Source of the DNA: Nitrosopumilus sp.
GTDB lineage: Archaea > Thermoproteota > Nitrososphaeria > Nitrososphaerales > Nitrosopumilaceae
Assembly (NCBI GenBank): GCA_965205215.1
Contig: OZ242041.1
Coordinates: forward strand, 1,152,001 to 1,216,000
Reading direction: 5' to 3'
DNA: 64,000 nt
Numbering within the stretch: position 1 is the first letter of the stretch; every line of letters begins with the position of its first letter. The position numbers were made by a program, and so were the translations under genes. Of the stretch, positions 53,486-61,611 are shown in pieces. A model generated the notes under the pieces. That model ran no database searches, was not told the origin of the DNA, and saw nothing but the letters and a program-made list of their open reading frames with translations.

Positions 53486-54037
53486 CGCCGTCCTGAGCCA
53501 CTTACACCTGTTGCGGATGGTAACCTCCGTCACGCCGGCGGCCTCGGCCACGTCCCTCCGGGTCTTGTTCTCGCCGCACTCTGTGCACGCCATGTACAGC
53601 GCGGCCGCCGCCAGCCCCATCGGGTCCTTCTCGGCCGATACCTTGTACTGCTCGGCAAGCTTTAGTATCTTTGCGGCGTGGCGCTTTGTGCGCTCGGAGA
53701 GCTCCGCCTTGCTTGCGATCCTTGAGGTGCACTTTATGGGATCGGCTACGGGCATCGTGATGTCAAGCCCCCTGAGGAGCAGCCTGTAGCACCTTGCGAT
53801 GTCCTTGCGCTTTATGTTGCTTGCCTGGCCTATGTCCTTGAGCGTGCGGGGCGTCTCCGTGACGCGGCACGCCGCGTACAGCGCCGCCGCCGCTATCCCC
53901 TTCGGGTCCTTCCCGGCCGGTATCCTGTGCTGCTCGGCGAGCTTTAGTATCTTTGCGGCGTGGAGCTTTGTGCGCTCGGAGATCTCCGCCTCGCTTGCGA
54001 TCCTTGAGATGTACTCTGTGGGATCGACTACGGGCAT
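53444..54037 (-). CDS. Headless chimeric TFB cyclin-core paralogue (partial duplicate; could be a pseudogene)
   Basis: Near-identical to the 3' half of the adjacent TFB; 197 open codons; homology extends up to ~54096. Confidence 0.7.
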   Translation of the reverse strand: MPVVDPTEYISRIASEAEISERTKLHAAKILKLAEQHRIPAGKDPKGIAAAALYAACRVTETPRTLKDIGQASNIKRKDIARCYRLLLRGLDITMPVADPIKCTSRIASKAELSERTKRHAAKILKLAEQYKVSAEKDPMGLAAAALYMACTECGENKTRRDVAEAAGVTEVTIRNRCKWLRTALDGAVSAQGAGRP

Positions 54038-54098
54038 CGTAATGTCAAGCTCCCCGAAGGGCAGCAGCCTGCTGCACCTTGAGATGTCCTTGCGCTCC

Positions 54099-55040
54099 TC
54101 ACGCCGAGACCATCCCGTCTAGCGCCGTCTTGAGCCCCTTGTACCTGTTGCGTATTGTAACTTCCGTCACGCCGGCGGCCTCGGCCACGTCCCTCTGGGT
54201 CTTGTTCTCGCCGCACTCGGTGCACGCCACGTACAGCGCGGCCGCCGCCAGCCCCATCGGGTCCTTTCCGGCCGATATCTTGTGCTGCTCGGCAAGCTTT
54301 AGTATCTTCGTCGCGTGGCGCTTTGTGCGCTCGGAGAGCTCCGCCTTGCTTGCGATCCTTGAGATGCACTTTATGGGATCGACTACGGGCATCGTAATGT
54401 CAAGCTCCCTGAGGAGCAGCCTGTAGCACCTTGCGATGTCCTTGCGCTTTATGTTGCTTGCCTGGCCTATGTCCTTGAGCGTGCGGGGAGTCTCCGTGAC
54501 GCGGCACGCCGCGTACAGCGCGGAAGCTATGAGGGCCGATATCGACCTCCCCCTGACGAGCCCCTTCTCGAGGGCCTTTCTGTATATGTGGGCCGCCTTT
54601 TCGATGACGGCCTCCCCGACTCCGAGCTTGTCCTTTAGCCTGTCAAGCTCGCTGAACGCCTGCCTGAAGTTGCGGTCGACCGGCTCGTGCACCTGGCTCC
54701 TGTTGTCCCATGTGCGCAGCCTCTCGATGGTGCTCTTCATGGACGCGGCCAGCGGTTTGCCGGTGGCGTCCCTGTTTTGGGGGTTGATGATGGTTGCAAG
54801 GCCCATGTCGTGCATGGCAAGGGACGTGGGTACGCCGGCCCTGCTCTTGTTCTCCCCCTCGTTTGAGAACGAGCGCCACTCGGGGCCCGACTCCTCTGCC
54901 TTCTCGGACACCACGTAGCCGCAGCTGCCGCAAAAGTTCTCGCCCGTGCTTCCGTCCGTGATCATGGTGCCGCGGGCGCACCTTGGGCACCTCTCCTTTG
55001 CATTGATCGAACCTGCTATCTCCATTACCAACGCCTCCAA
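54099..55040 (-). CDS. tfb: Transcription initiation factor IIB (TFB)
   Basis: CPRC..CGSCG zinc ribbon, GPEWRSF, HDMGL, two cyclin repeats, GVTEVTIRNRY. Confidence 0.97.
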   Translation of the reverse strand: MEALVMEIAGSINAKERCPRCARGTMITDGSTGENFCGSCGYVVSEKAEESGPEWRSFSNEGENKSRAGVPTSLAMHDMGLATIINPQNRDATGKPLAASMKSTIERLRTWDNRSQVHEPVDRNFRQAFSELDRLKDKLGVGEAVIEKAAHIYRKALEKGLVRGRSISALIASALYAACRVTETPRTLKDIGQASNIKRKDIARCYRLLLRELDITMPVVDPIKCISRIASKAELSERTKRHATKILKLAEQHKISAGKDPMGLAAAALYVACTECGENKTQRDVAEAAGVTEVTIRNRYKGLKTALDGMVSA

Positions 55041-55105
55041 AGCTTTTTATTCTACTCTGTAATGTTAATTTACCAACTATATAAGTATTTTGTAGACTTT
55101 TTAAG
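55041..55105 (-). promoter_or_regulatory. AT-rich TFB promoter region with TATA box
   Basis: CTTATATA on the minus strand (~55077-55084) in an AT-rich patch between the divergent tfb and xpb. Confidence 0.55.
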
Positions 55106-55193
55106 TGTGGAGTCATGGGCGAGGCTTGCGCCGCCCCGGCCTAGTCGACGGGCCCCCGCATACCTATAACTGCCGCCCCGCCATGTACGGTGT

Positions 55194-56771
55194 ATGCACC
55201 CGCGCCTCGTCTTTGACCACGGGACGATACGCATCGAGAACGCCCGGATGCTGGAGATCCCGGATGCCAGATATGACGAGCGCAGCGGGACCCTGCGGGC
55301 GTACGGGATGAGCTACTCCGGCGTGCTCAGGTATTTGGAGGAAAGTGAGATTGCGCACGACGACGAGGTGAGGCAGTACGAGGCGATGCCCGCGCTGTAC
55401 GCGGAGATGCAGCTGAGGGACTACCAGCAGGACGCGGTCGACAGCTGGCAGAGGGCGGGGATGAGGGGGTGCGTGGTACTTCCGACGGGCTCGGGCAAGA
55501 CTGCAGTCGGCATGCACGCCATCTGCAGGGCCGCCGTGCCCGCCCTCGTGCTGGTCCCCACAATTGATCTGCTGCACCAGTGGACGGAGTTCCTGCGCGG
55601 CAATCTGCGCGTAATGGGATATGAGCGCGATCGTGAACATGGCGGCGACGGCGACGGCGACGTGGACGGTGACGGCGACGCGAACAATAGTAGCGGCGGC
55701 GGCGGGACGGTTGCAGTCGGGCGGCTCGGCGGCGGGTACGACGACATCCGGGCTGTGACCGTATCCACGTACGACTCCGCGTACGCTAGGGCCGCGGAGC
55801 TTGGGAACAGGTTCGGACTCCTGGTGTTCGATGAGGTACACCACCTGCCGGCCCCGGGCTACAGGCTGGTTGCAGAGCAGTGCATCGCGCCGTTCCGGCT
55901 GGGGCTGACTGCCACGCTTGAGCGCGAGGACGGACTGCATTCCGAGATCCCGAGGCTGGCCGGCGGCGTCGTGTACACGAGGGGCTCGGGGGAGCTTGCC
56001 GCCAAGAGGCACCTTGCCAAGTATGACGTGCAGAGGATACGCGTGCGCCTGACAGACGCCGAGCAGGCCGAGTATTCCAAGTGTAGGTCCAAGTTCCTCG
56101 CGGGACTGCGGGGGCTTGGCATGAGGACCGAGTCCATGTACAACCTAAAGCGGCTCATCCTCATATCAAACCGCAGCAAGGGGGCCCGCAGCGCGTTGCT
56201 TGCAAGAAACAGGGCAAACGAGATTGCATTCAATGCGGCCGAGAAGACGGCCGAGCTTGGGCGGATACTGGCCGAGAACTGCGGGCGCGCCACTGCGCGC
56301 GGCCGGGACGCCCCCGTGGAGGCCCCGGGGGCGAGGAGGAAGACCATAATATTCACGCAGAACAACAAGATGGCGCACTCCATATCCGACAGGTTCCTCA
56401 TACCGATAATAACCCACAAGACCGCAAAGGCCGAGCGCAGGGACATACTTGACGGATTCAGGGACGGAAGGTACGTGGCCGTCGTCACGTCCCGCGTGCT
56501 TGACGAGGGGGTCGACGTGCCCGACGCGGAGCTCGGCGTCATCGTGAGCGGCACGGGGAGCGGCAGGGAGATGGTGCAGAGGCTTGGGAGGCTGCTGCGC
56601 CCAAAGCGGGACGGCGCTAGGGCCAGACTGATCGAGATCGTATCTGAGGAGACTCGGGAGGTGGGCAGCAGCGCAAGGCGCACCGCGGCGCTGCGCCGCA
56701 GCGCGGCGGGGCGCACCGCGGGGCGCCGCGCCCAGGGACAGGGGCAGCGCCGCGGGGGGAGGGGCCGGTGA
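55194..56771 (+). CDS. xpb: XPB/Rad25-like SF2 DNA helicase
   Basis: LRDYQ, LPTGSGKT, DEVHH, GLTAT, VLDEGVDVP, QRLGRLLR. Confidence 0.9.
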   Translation: MHPRLVFDHGTIRIENARMLEIPDARYDERSGTLRAYGMSYSGVLRYLEESEIAHDDEVRQYEAMPALYAEMQLRDYQQDAVDSWQRAGMRGCVVLPTGSGKTAVGMHAICRAAVPALVLVPTIDLLHQWTEFLRGNLRVMGYERDREHGGDGDGDVDGDGDANNSSGGGGTVAVGRLGGGYDDIRAVTVSTYDSAYARAAELGNRFGLLVFDEVHHLPAPGYRLVAEQCIAPFRLGLTATLEREDGLHSEIPRLAGGVVYTRGSGELAAKRHLAKYDVQRIRVRLTDAEQAEYSKCRSKFLAGLRGLGMRTESMYNLKRLILISNRSKGARSALLARNRANEIAFNAAEKTAELGRILAENCGRATARGRDAPVEAPGARRKTIIFTQNNKMAHSISDRFLIPIITHKTAKAERRDILDGFRDGRYVAVVTSRVLDEGVDVPDAELGVIVSGTGSGREMVQRLGRLLRPKRDGARARLIEIVSEETREVGSSARRTAALRRSAAGRTAGRRAQGQGQRRGGRGR

Positions 56772-56777
56772 CCGGTA

Positions 56778-58604
56778 ATGCTGCCGTCTGAGCTGCTGCG
56801 CGCCCGCACGAGCCGGGGCAGGATATACCCCATGTTCTGCAGCGTGGGCGGCGCCGATACGGGGGCGGGGGGAGACGACGACGGCGGCCCCAAGGGCGGC
56901 GCGTCTGCTGCTGCTGCCGCTGATACCGAGCGCGAGCTTGCCTCCGCACTCATCTCAAGGTTCGAAGATGCGTCTGCAAGCGGCACGAGCCGGGGCGAAC
57001 TGAACCGTACGATATCGGACATGGAGCCCGACCATGACTACAAGCTCGTCAGGGGCCTCCGCACGCTGCTTGAGCGCAGGTCCTCGTTTGTGACGCAGAG
57101 GCCGGGGTCCTGCCCGCCGGGGCTTGACCCGTACGACGTGAGGCGCGCCCTCTTCACCGAGTCGTCCGCGGCGGGACTTGCCACGTCCTCTGCAAAGAGG
57201 GACGCGATAATAAGAAAGGCGGCCGACGCGTGCGGCATCCAGCCGCCCGACGTCCCGCGCGTCATGTGGGCCGACATGGAGGAGAACCAGACGCTGGAGC
57301 GCTTTGATGCAATCTCCGTCGGGGACCTGCTGCTGTGGTACAACATGTCGCTTGCGCAGACCCTGTTGTTTGGCTGCACCAGGATGGAGTTTTACGTCAG
57401 CGAGGGCCCGTACTGGAAGGATATACTGAGGGCGGTAAAGGCGCGCGGGCTCATGTACGTGCTGGAGCCGGGCGACGGCGCGGGTAAGAGGAAGGGCGGC
57501 GGCAGCGGCAGTAGCAGCAAGGAAGGCAAAGCCCCACTGCGCTGCATACTTGAGGGGCCGCTCAGCGTCTTCAAGATGACCACCAAGTACGGCACCGCCT
57601 TTGCGCGCCTGCTTCCGGTGATAACCCGCACCCCGTCGTGGTGGATTGACGCCACAATCTCAAGAAAGACGCCGGGCGGGGTGAAGCTGTACCGATTCGA
57701 GATGGCAAGCGACTCCGCGCATGCCCACCTGAGGGGCGTCGAGTACGGGCCGCGGCATGGAACCGACGCGGACCCGCAACAGTACGACAGCGCAGTCGAG
57801 CAAAAGTTTGCCGACATCCTGTACACGCATCTGGGGCGCGGCGACCCGCTCGGATGGCGCATGACGCGGGAGCCCGGGCCGCTCATATCCGGAAACAAGG
57901 CCATGCTGCCGGACTTTGTGTTTGAGCGGCTTGGGCGTCGCGTCTACCTTGAGATCGTCGGGTTCTGGACCCCGGACTATATACGCCGAAAGTTCGCAAA
58001 GCTGCGCGACATGCTGCTGGTCGAGCCCGCCGCCGCCGGCAAGGGCGGGCCCGGGGCGGGCCCGGAGGCCGGAGGCGCGGGCGGCATCGATATGCTCGTG
58101 GGAATCGACTCCTCGCTCCTGTGCTCGCAGGCCTCGGAGGTTGCCGGGCTGCCAGGCGTCTTTATGTTCGACAAGGACGTATCGGTAAAGCCCATACTGG
58201 ACCACCTCGGCAAGATTGACGCCGAGCTGGAGCGCGAGGCGGCCTCCGGCGCGCGGCTCTCGCCGAGCGACATCGGCGCCGACGTGATTGCGATACGGGA
58301 CGTTGCAGTCAGGCGTCTGGTGCCGGAGGGCGCCGTGCCCGGCATGTTCGAGGCGTCCGCGCCCGGGAGGTACGTCCGGGCGGGCCCGTGCATGGTGTCG
58401 GCGGCAAAGGTGTCGGAGATGTCCAAGGCGATTGACGGCGGCCCCGAGGGGTTTGTAGACGCGTGCCGCATACTGGCAGACGCAGAAATCCCCGGGGACT
58501 GCCACGCCGAACTCTTGTCCTGTATGGGCTACGACGTTGTCTGGCCCGACCTTGATCCGAGCAACGCCAGAATACAGAAGAGGGCAGCATCCGGAGGGGA
58601 CTAG
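56778..58604 (+). CDS. bax1: DUF790 / Bax1 endonuclease
   Basis: MLPSELL start, YNMSLAQTLLF, GPLSVF..KYG, YDSAVE, PDF..EIVGFWTPDY; adjacent to xpb. Confidence 0.88.
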   Translation: MLPSELLRARTSRGRIYPMFCSVGGADTGAGGDDDGGPKGGASAAAAADTERELASALISRFEDASASGTSRGELNRTISDMEPDHDYKLVRGLRTLLERRSSFVTQRPGSCPPGLDPYDVRRALFTESSAAGLATSSAKRDAIIRKAADACGIQPPDVPRVMWADMEENQTLERFDAISVGDLLLWYNMSLAQTLLFGCTRMEFYVSEGPYWKDILRAVKARGLMYVLEPGDGAGKRKGGGSGSSSKEGKAPLRCILEGPLSVFKMTTKYGTAFARLLPVITRTPSWWIDATISRKTPGGVKLYRFEMASDSAHAHLRGVEYGPRHGTDADPQQYDSAVEQKFADILYTHLGRGDPLGWRMTREPGPLISGNKAMLPDFVFERLGRRVYLEIVGFWTPDYIRRKFAKLRDMLLVEPAAAGKGGPGAGPEAGGAGGIDMLVGIDSSLLCSQASEVAGLPGVFMFDKDVSVKPILDHLGKIDAELEREAASGARLSPSDIGADVIAIRDVAVRRLVPEGAVPGMFEASAPGRYVRAGPCMVSAAKVSEMSKAIDGGPEGFVDACRILADAEIPGDCHAELLSCMGYDVVWPDLDPSNARIQKRAASGGD

Positions 58605-58842
58605 CGGCCGCTGCAGTTTTGCAGGGCGGCCCAAGGGTAGGCGGCGCCTCTTTCCCGGGCTTGGCGGCGGCGCGTCTAGCGAGTTGTCTGAAACGGAGCG
58701 CGCAAGATGTCTGCTGCGAATTCTGTGTGGAAATCGGCTTCATGCCGCTTGGGGGGGGGGGGGAGACGAACACAACACGGCCGGATGCCGCCACCGCCAC
58801 ATCATTGCATTAAATACGGAGATTCCACGCGCCGTGCGCAGG

Positions 58843-60315
58843 ATGAAGGATGCGCCAGACGCGTCACCCGGTGCGGCGCGCGCCGCGGGACAGGACGATA
58901 TGAAGGGGCGGGGCGCGCGGCAACTGCCGCGGCACGACGCGGACTCGAGCCGCGCCGCGCAGCCCACGGTTCTGGTTACCGGCGCGACTGGATTCATCGG
59001 CTCGAGGCTGATCCCGCGGCTGGCCTCGGACGGGTTTGACGTAGTCGGCATGAGCCGGAGGCGGATGGACGGGCAGGGCGCCGGTTCTGCCAAGGGCGTG
59101 CGATACGTCCAAGCCGACGCGTTTGATCCCGAGGGGCTCGGGAGGGCCATGCGCGGCGTGGATGTCGCGTACTATCTGATACATTCCATGGAGGGCGGAA
59201 GCGGCACGTGGCAGAAGTTTGCAGAACGGGAGATGCTCCAGGCCAAAAACTTTCTTGAGGCCGCAACGCGGGCGGGCGTGAAGAGGATCATCTATCTTGG
59301 CGGGCTGCACGACGCGGGCCGCCACCTCTCGCCCCACATGAGGAGCAGAAAGGAGGTCGGGGAGGTGCTGGCCTCGGGTGGCATCCCGGTGACGGAGCTC
59401 AGGGCCTCCCTGATAATCGGCGCCCGCGGAAGCTCGTACGAGATGCTGCAGTATCTCGTGGAGCGGCTGAGCGTGATGGTGTGCCCCTCGTGGGTAAAGT
59501 CCGCGGCCCAGCCCATTGCAGTGGGCGACGTAATAGAGTATCTGGCAAGGTGCCTGACGGCCGACGCCACTGTCGGAAGGATTCTTGAGATCGGAGGTCC
59601 CGACAGGGTCACCTACGAGGATCTCATGAGGATGTACGCCGGGCGCCTTGGCAGGAGGCTGATCATACTGCAGATACCCTTCCTGACGACGCGGCTCTCG
59701 TCGTACTGGGTGGATTTGGTGACCCCCGTCAGGGCGTCGCTTGCCAGGCCCCTCATAGACAGCCTCGTGCACGACACGGTGGTTACGGACGACTCGATGT
59801 CCGCCATCATCAAGATTCGGCCCAAGCCGGTACGCGAGTCCATCGACATTGCCGTTGAGGAGACCAGAAAGCTTGCCGACGCAGGAAGGCGGCAAAAAAA
59901 GGGGACGTCGGAGGCCGGGGGCAGCGGCGGCGGCCAGGAGGCGGGCCGTGCCGCGGTTCTGGTAATGCTGGTCCTGCTCGGGGCGGTCGGGACGTCCTAC
60001 TACTGGCTGGACGGCAGGGCAGACGCGTACCATCCGTTGTGGCTGTCAGGCTCGGCTCTGTGGCTCGTCGCCGTCGCGGCCTCTATTGCCATGGTCTCCG
60101 CGGGGACGCGTCTGGGATACCTGATTGCCGGCGTGCTGTCCGCGTCGGCCGCCGCGTTCTGGCTTGCTGACAACGCCCACGTCGCGTTTGGCACACCGGT
60201 CATAGCGGCGCTGCCAAGCGAGATGATCGTGGCGCGCAACTTTGCCGGCGCGGCCCTCGCCGCTGCCACCATGGCCGTCTCGCACGTCCTGTTCCACGGG
60301 GAGAGGCGCAGGTAG
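58843..60315 (+). CDS. NAD(P)-binding SDR/NmrA-like protein with C-terminal membrane domain
   Basis: VTGATGFIG, YYLIHSM, IIYLGGL, QPIAVGDV; C-terminal TM helices. Confidence 0.85.
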   Translation: MKDAPDASPGAARAAGQDDMKGRGARQLPRHDADSSRAAQPTVLVTGATGFIGSRLIPRLASDGFDVVGMSRRRMDGQGAGSAKGVRYVQADAFDPEGLGRAMRGVDVAYYLIHSMEGGSGTWQKFAEREMLQAKNFLEAATRAGVKRIIYLGGLHDAGRHLSPHMRSRKEVGEVLASGGIPVTELRASLIIGARGSSYEMLQYLVERLSVMVCPSWVKSAAQPIAVGDVIEYLARCLTADATVGRILEIGGPDRVTYEDLMRMYAGRLGRRLIILQIPFLTTRLSSYWVDLVTPVRASLARPLIDSLVHDTVVTDDSMSAIIKIRPKPVRESIDIAVEETRKLADAGRRQKKGTSEAGGSGGGQEAGRAAVLVMLVLLGAVGTSYYWLDGRADAYHPLWLSGSALWLVAVAASIAMVSAGTRLGYLIAGVLSASAAAFWLADNAHVAFGTPVIAALPSEMIVARNFAGAALAAATMAVSHVLFHGERRR

Positions 60316-60488
60316 CAGGCGCCGCCCGTGTCGGTTCGCTACCACCTCTCGTAATGGACTGCCGCGCGCCCGCGCCGGGCTACACGGGGCGGGTTCTGCA
60401 ATGAACAGGGTTTGCACAAGGATCGGCCGGTCCCGAACGGCGCACGTACGTCCCCGTAGATTTTTGTACAAGGCTGCAGGGGCCCGAA

Positions 60489-61169
60489 TCAGTTGCCCAG
60501 GCCGCGCTTTGGAAGAAACGGAATCAGCGCCCTTGCAAACTCCATCACGTTCTTGGTCTGGATGTAGACCGTGCCCGGGCCCGTGATCTCAAGGACGAGG
60601 GCCTCTCCCCCGAACAGCGACGTCTTGAGGCTGCCGTGCTTTGTCACGCGGTATTCGGCCGTGGTGGTCAGCGCCACCAGCTGGTAGTTGTCCAGGACCA
60701 TCCTCTCTCCGTGCTCTAGCTTTTTGGCGATTATCCCACCCCACGCGTTGACGAACATCCTCCCGGTTCCCACCGTTTTAAGCATGAAGAGGTTGCTTCC
60801 AAAGATCCCCTTGCTGAACCCCTGCCACTTTGTATCCAGCGTCAGGTCGGTGGTGGAGCAGACAAACGATCCGGACTGGACGATAAACTCTTGGTTCACG
60901 TCGATCATTGTAATGTCGCCCAGCATGTTGCCTGTCAGGCCCAGCCTGCAGCCGTCCTCCTCCGCGACGAACTCGTTTACAAAGAAGGACTCGCCGCCAA
61001 ACGCGGCCGCCTTTAGCGACTTGAAGAGGCCCCCCTTCCGCATCCTGGTCTCGGTGCGCACAGGCCCCTGGATGAACGCCATCGCGCCCGCCTCCGCGGT
61101 GATGGCCTCCCCGCGGTTCAGCGTAAACTCGATCAGCCCCATCGGATTCTTTGCTATCTCATACTCCAA
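60489..61169 (-). CDS. AIM24 family protein (TIGR00266-like)
   Basis: AEAGAM, GGESFFVNEF, GGEAL..GPGTVYIQT. Confidence 0.88.
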   Translation of the reverse strand: MEYEIAKNPMGLIEFTLNRGEAITAEAGAMAFIQGPVRTETRMRKGGLFKSLKAAAFGGESFFVNEFVAEEDGCRLGLTGNMLGDITMIDVNQEFIVQSGSFVCSTTDLTLDTKWQGFSKGIFGSNLFMLKTVGTGRMFVNAWGGIIAKKLEHGERMVLDNYQLVALTTTAEYRVTKHGSLKTSLFGGEALVLEITGPGTVYIQTKNVMEFARALIPFLPKRGLGN

Positions 61170-61611
61170 TGCGAACGCCCTTTCTCATGTGTATTTAAAC
61201 CATGGAGTTTATGTCGGCTGCTGGCAATCCTGCCTAGGATGCCGCAATCTGCACCTGTGGGCGGCGGCGGCGCGAAGTTTTGCCCCGGCCTCCCCGCGTA
61301 TGCACCCATGCAGCGCCGCGGGAGTGCGCCCAGACGGGTCCGCCCGGTCGACTATGCCGCCTACCGCCTCCCTGGGGATCCTCCCGGGCCTGCCGGTTCG
61401 CAGGCCTGGCCCGTGCTTGAGACGGCTCTTGCGAATTCGGGAGCCGGGCAGTGGCCGATCCTGTGTTAGTGGGAACAACCAGGCACCGGTCATGCCCAGC
61501 TCCAGAATTCTGTAAAGATACACAGTTATTTACTTGCTAATTACGCTATCTTAAAGGGTACGTTATACGCTGCTTTACAATTACAATACTAAATCCGACT
61601 GGCTGGCCCTG

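Noticed and set aside
53465-54521. TFB duplicate as a diversity-generating retroelement TR/VR pair
   Set aside because: Mismatches involve all four bases rather than adenines only, and no reverse transcriptase is in the window
55194-58604. Helicase-nuclease pair as a novel defence system
   Set aside because: Matches the established archaeal XPB-Bax1 repair pair
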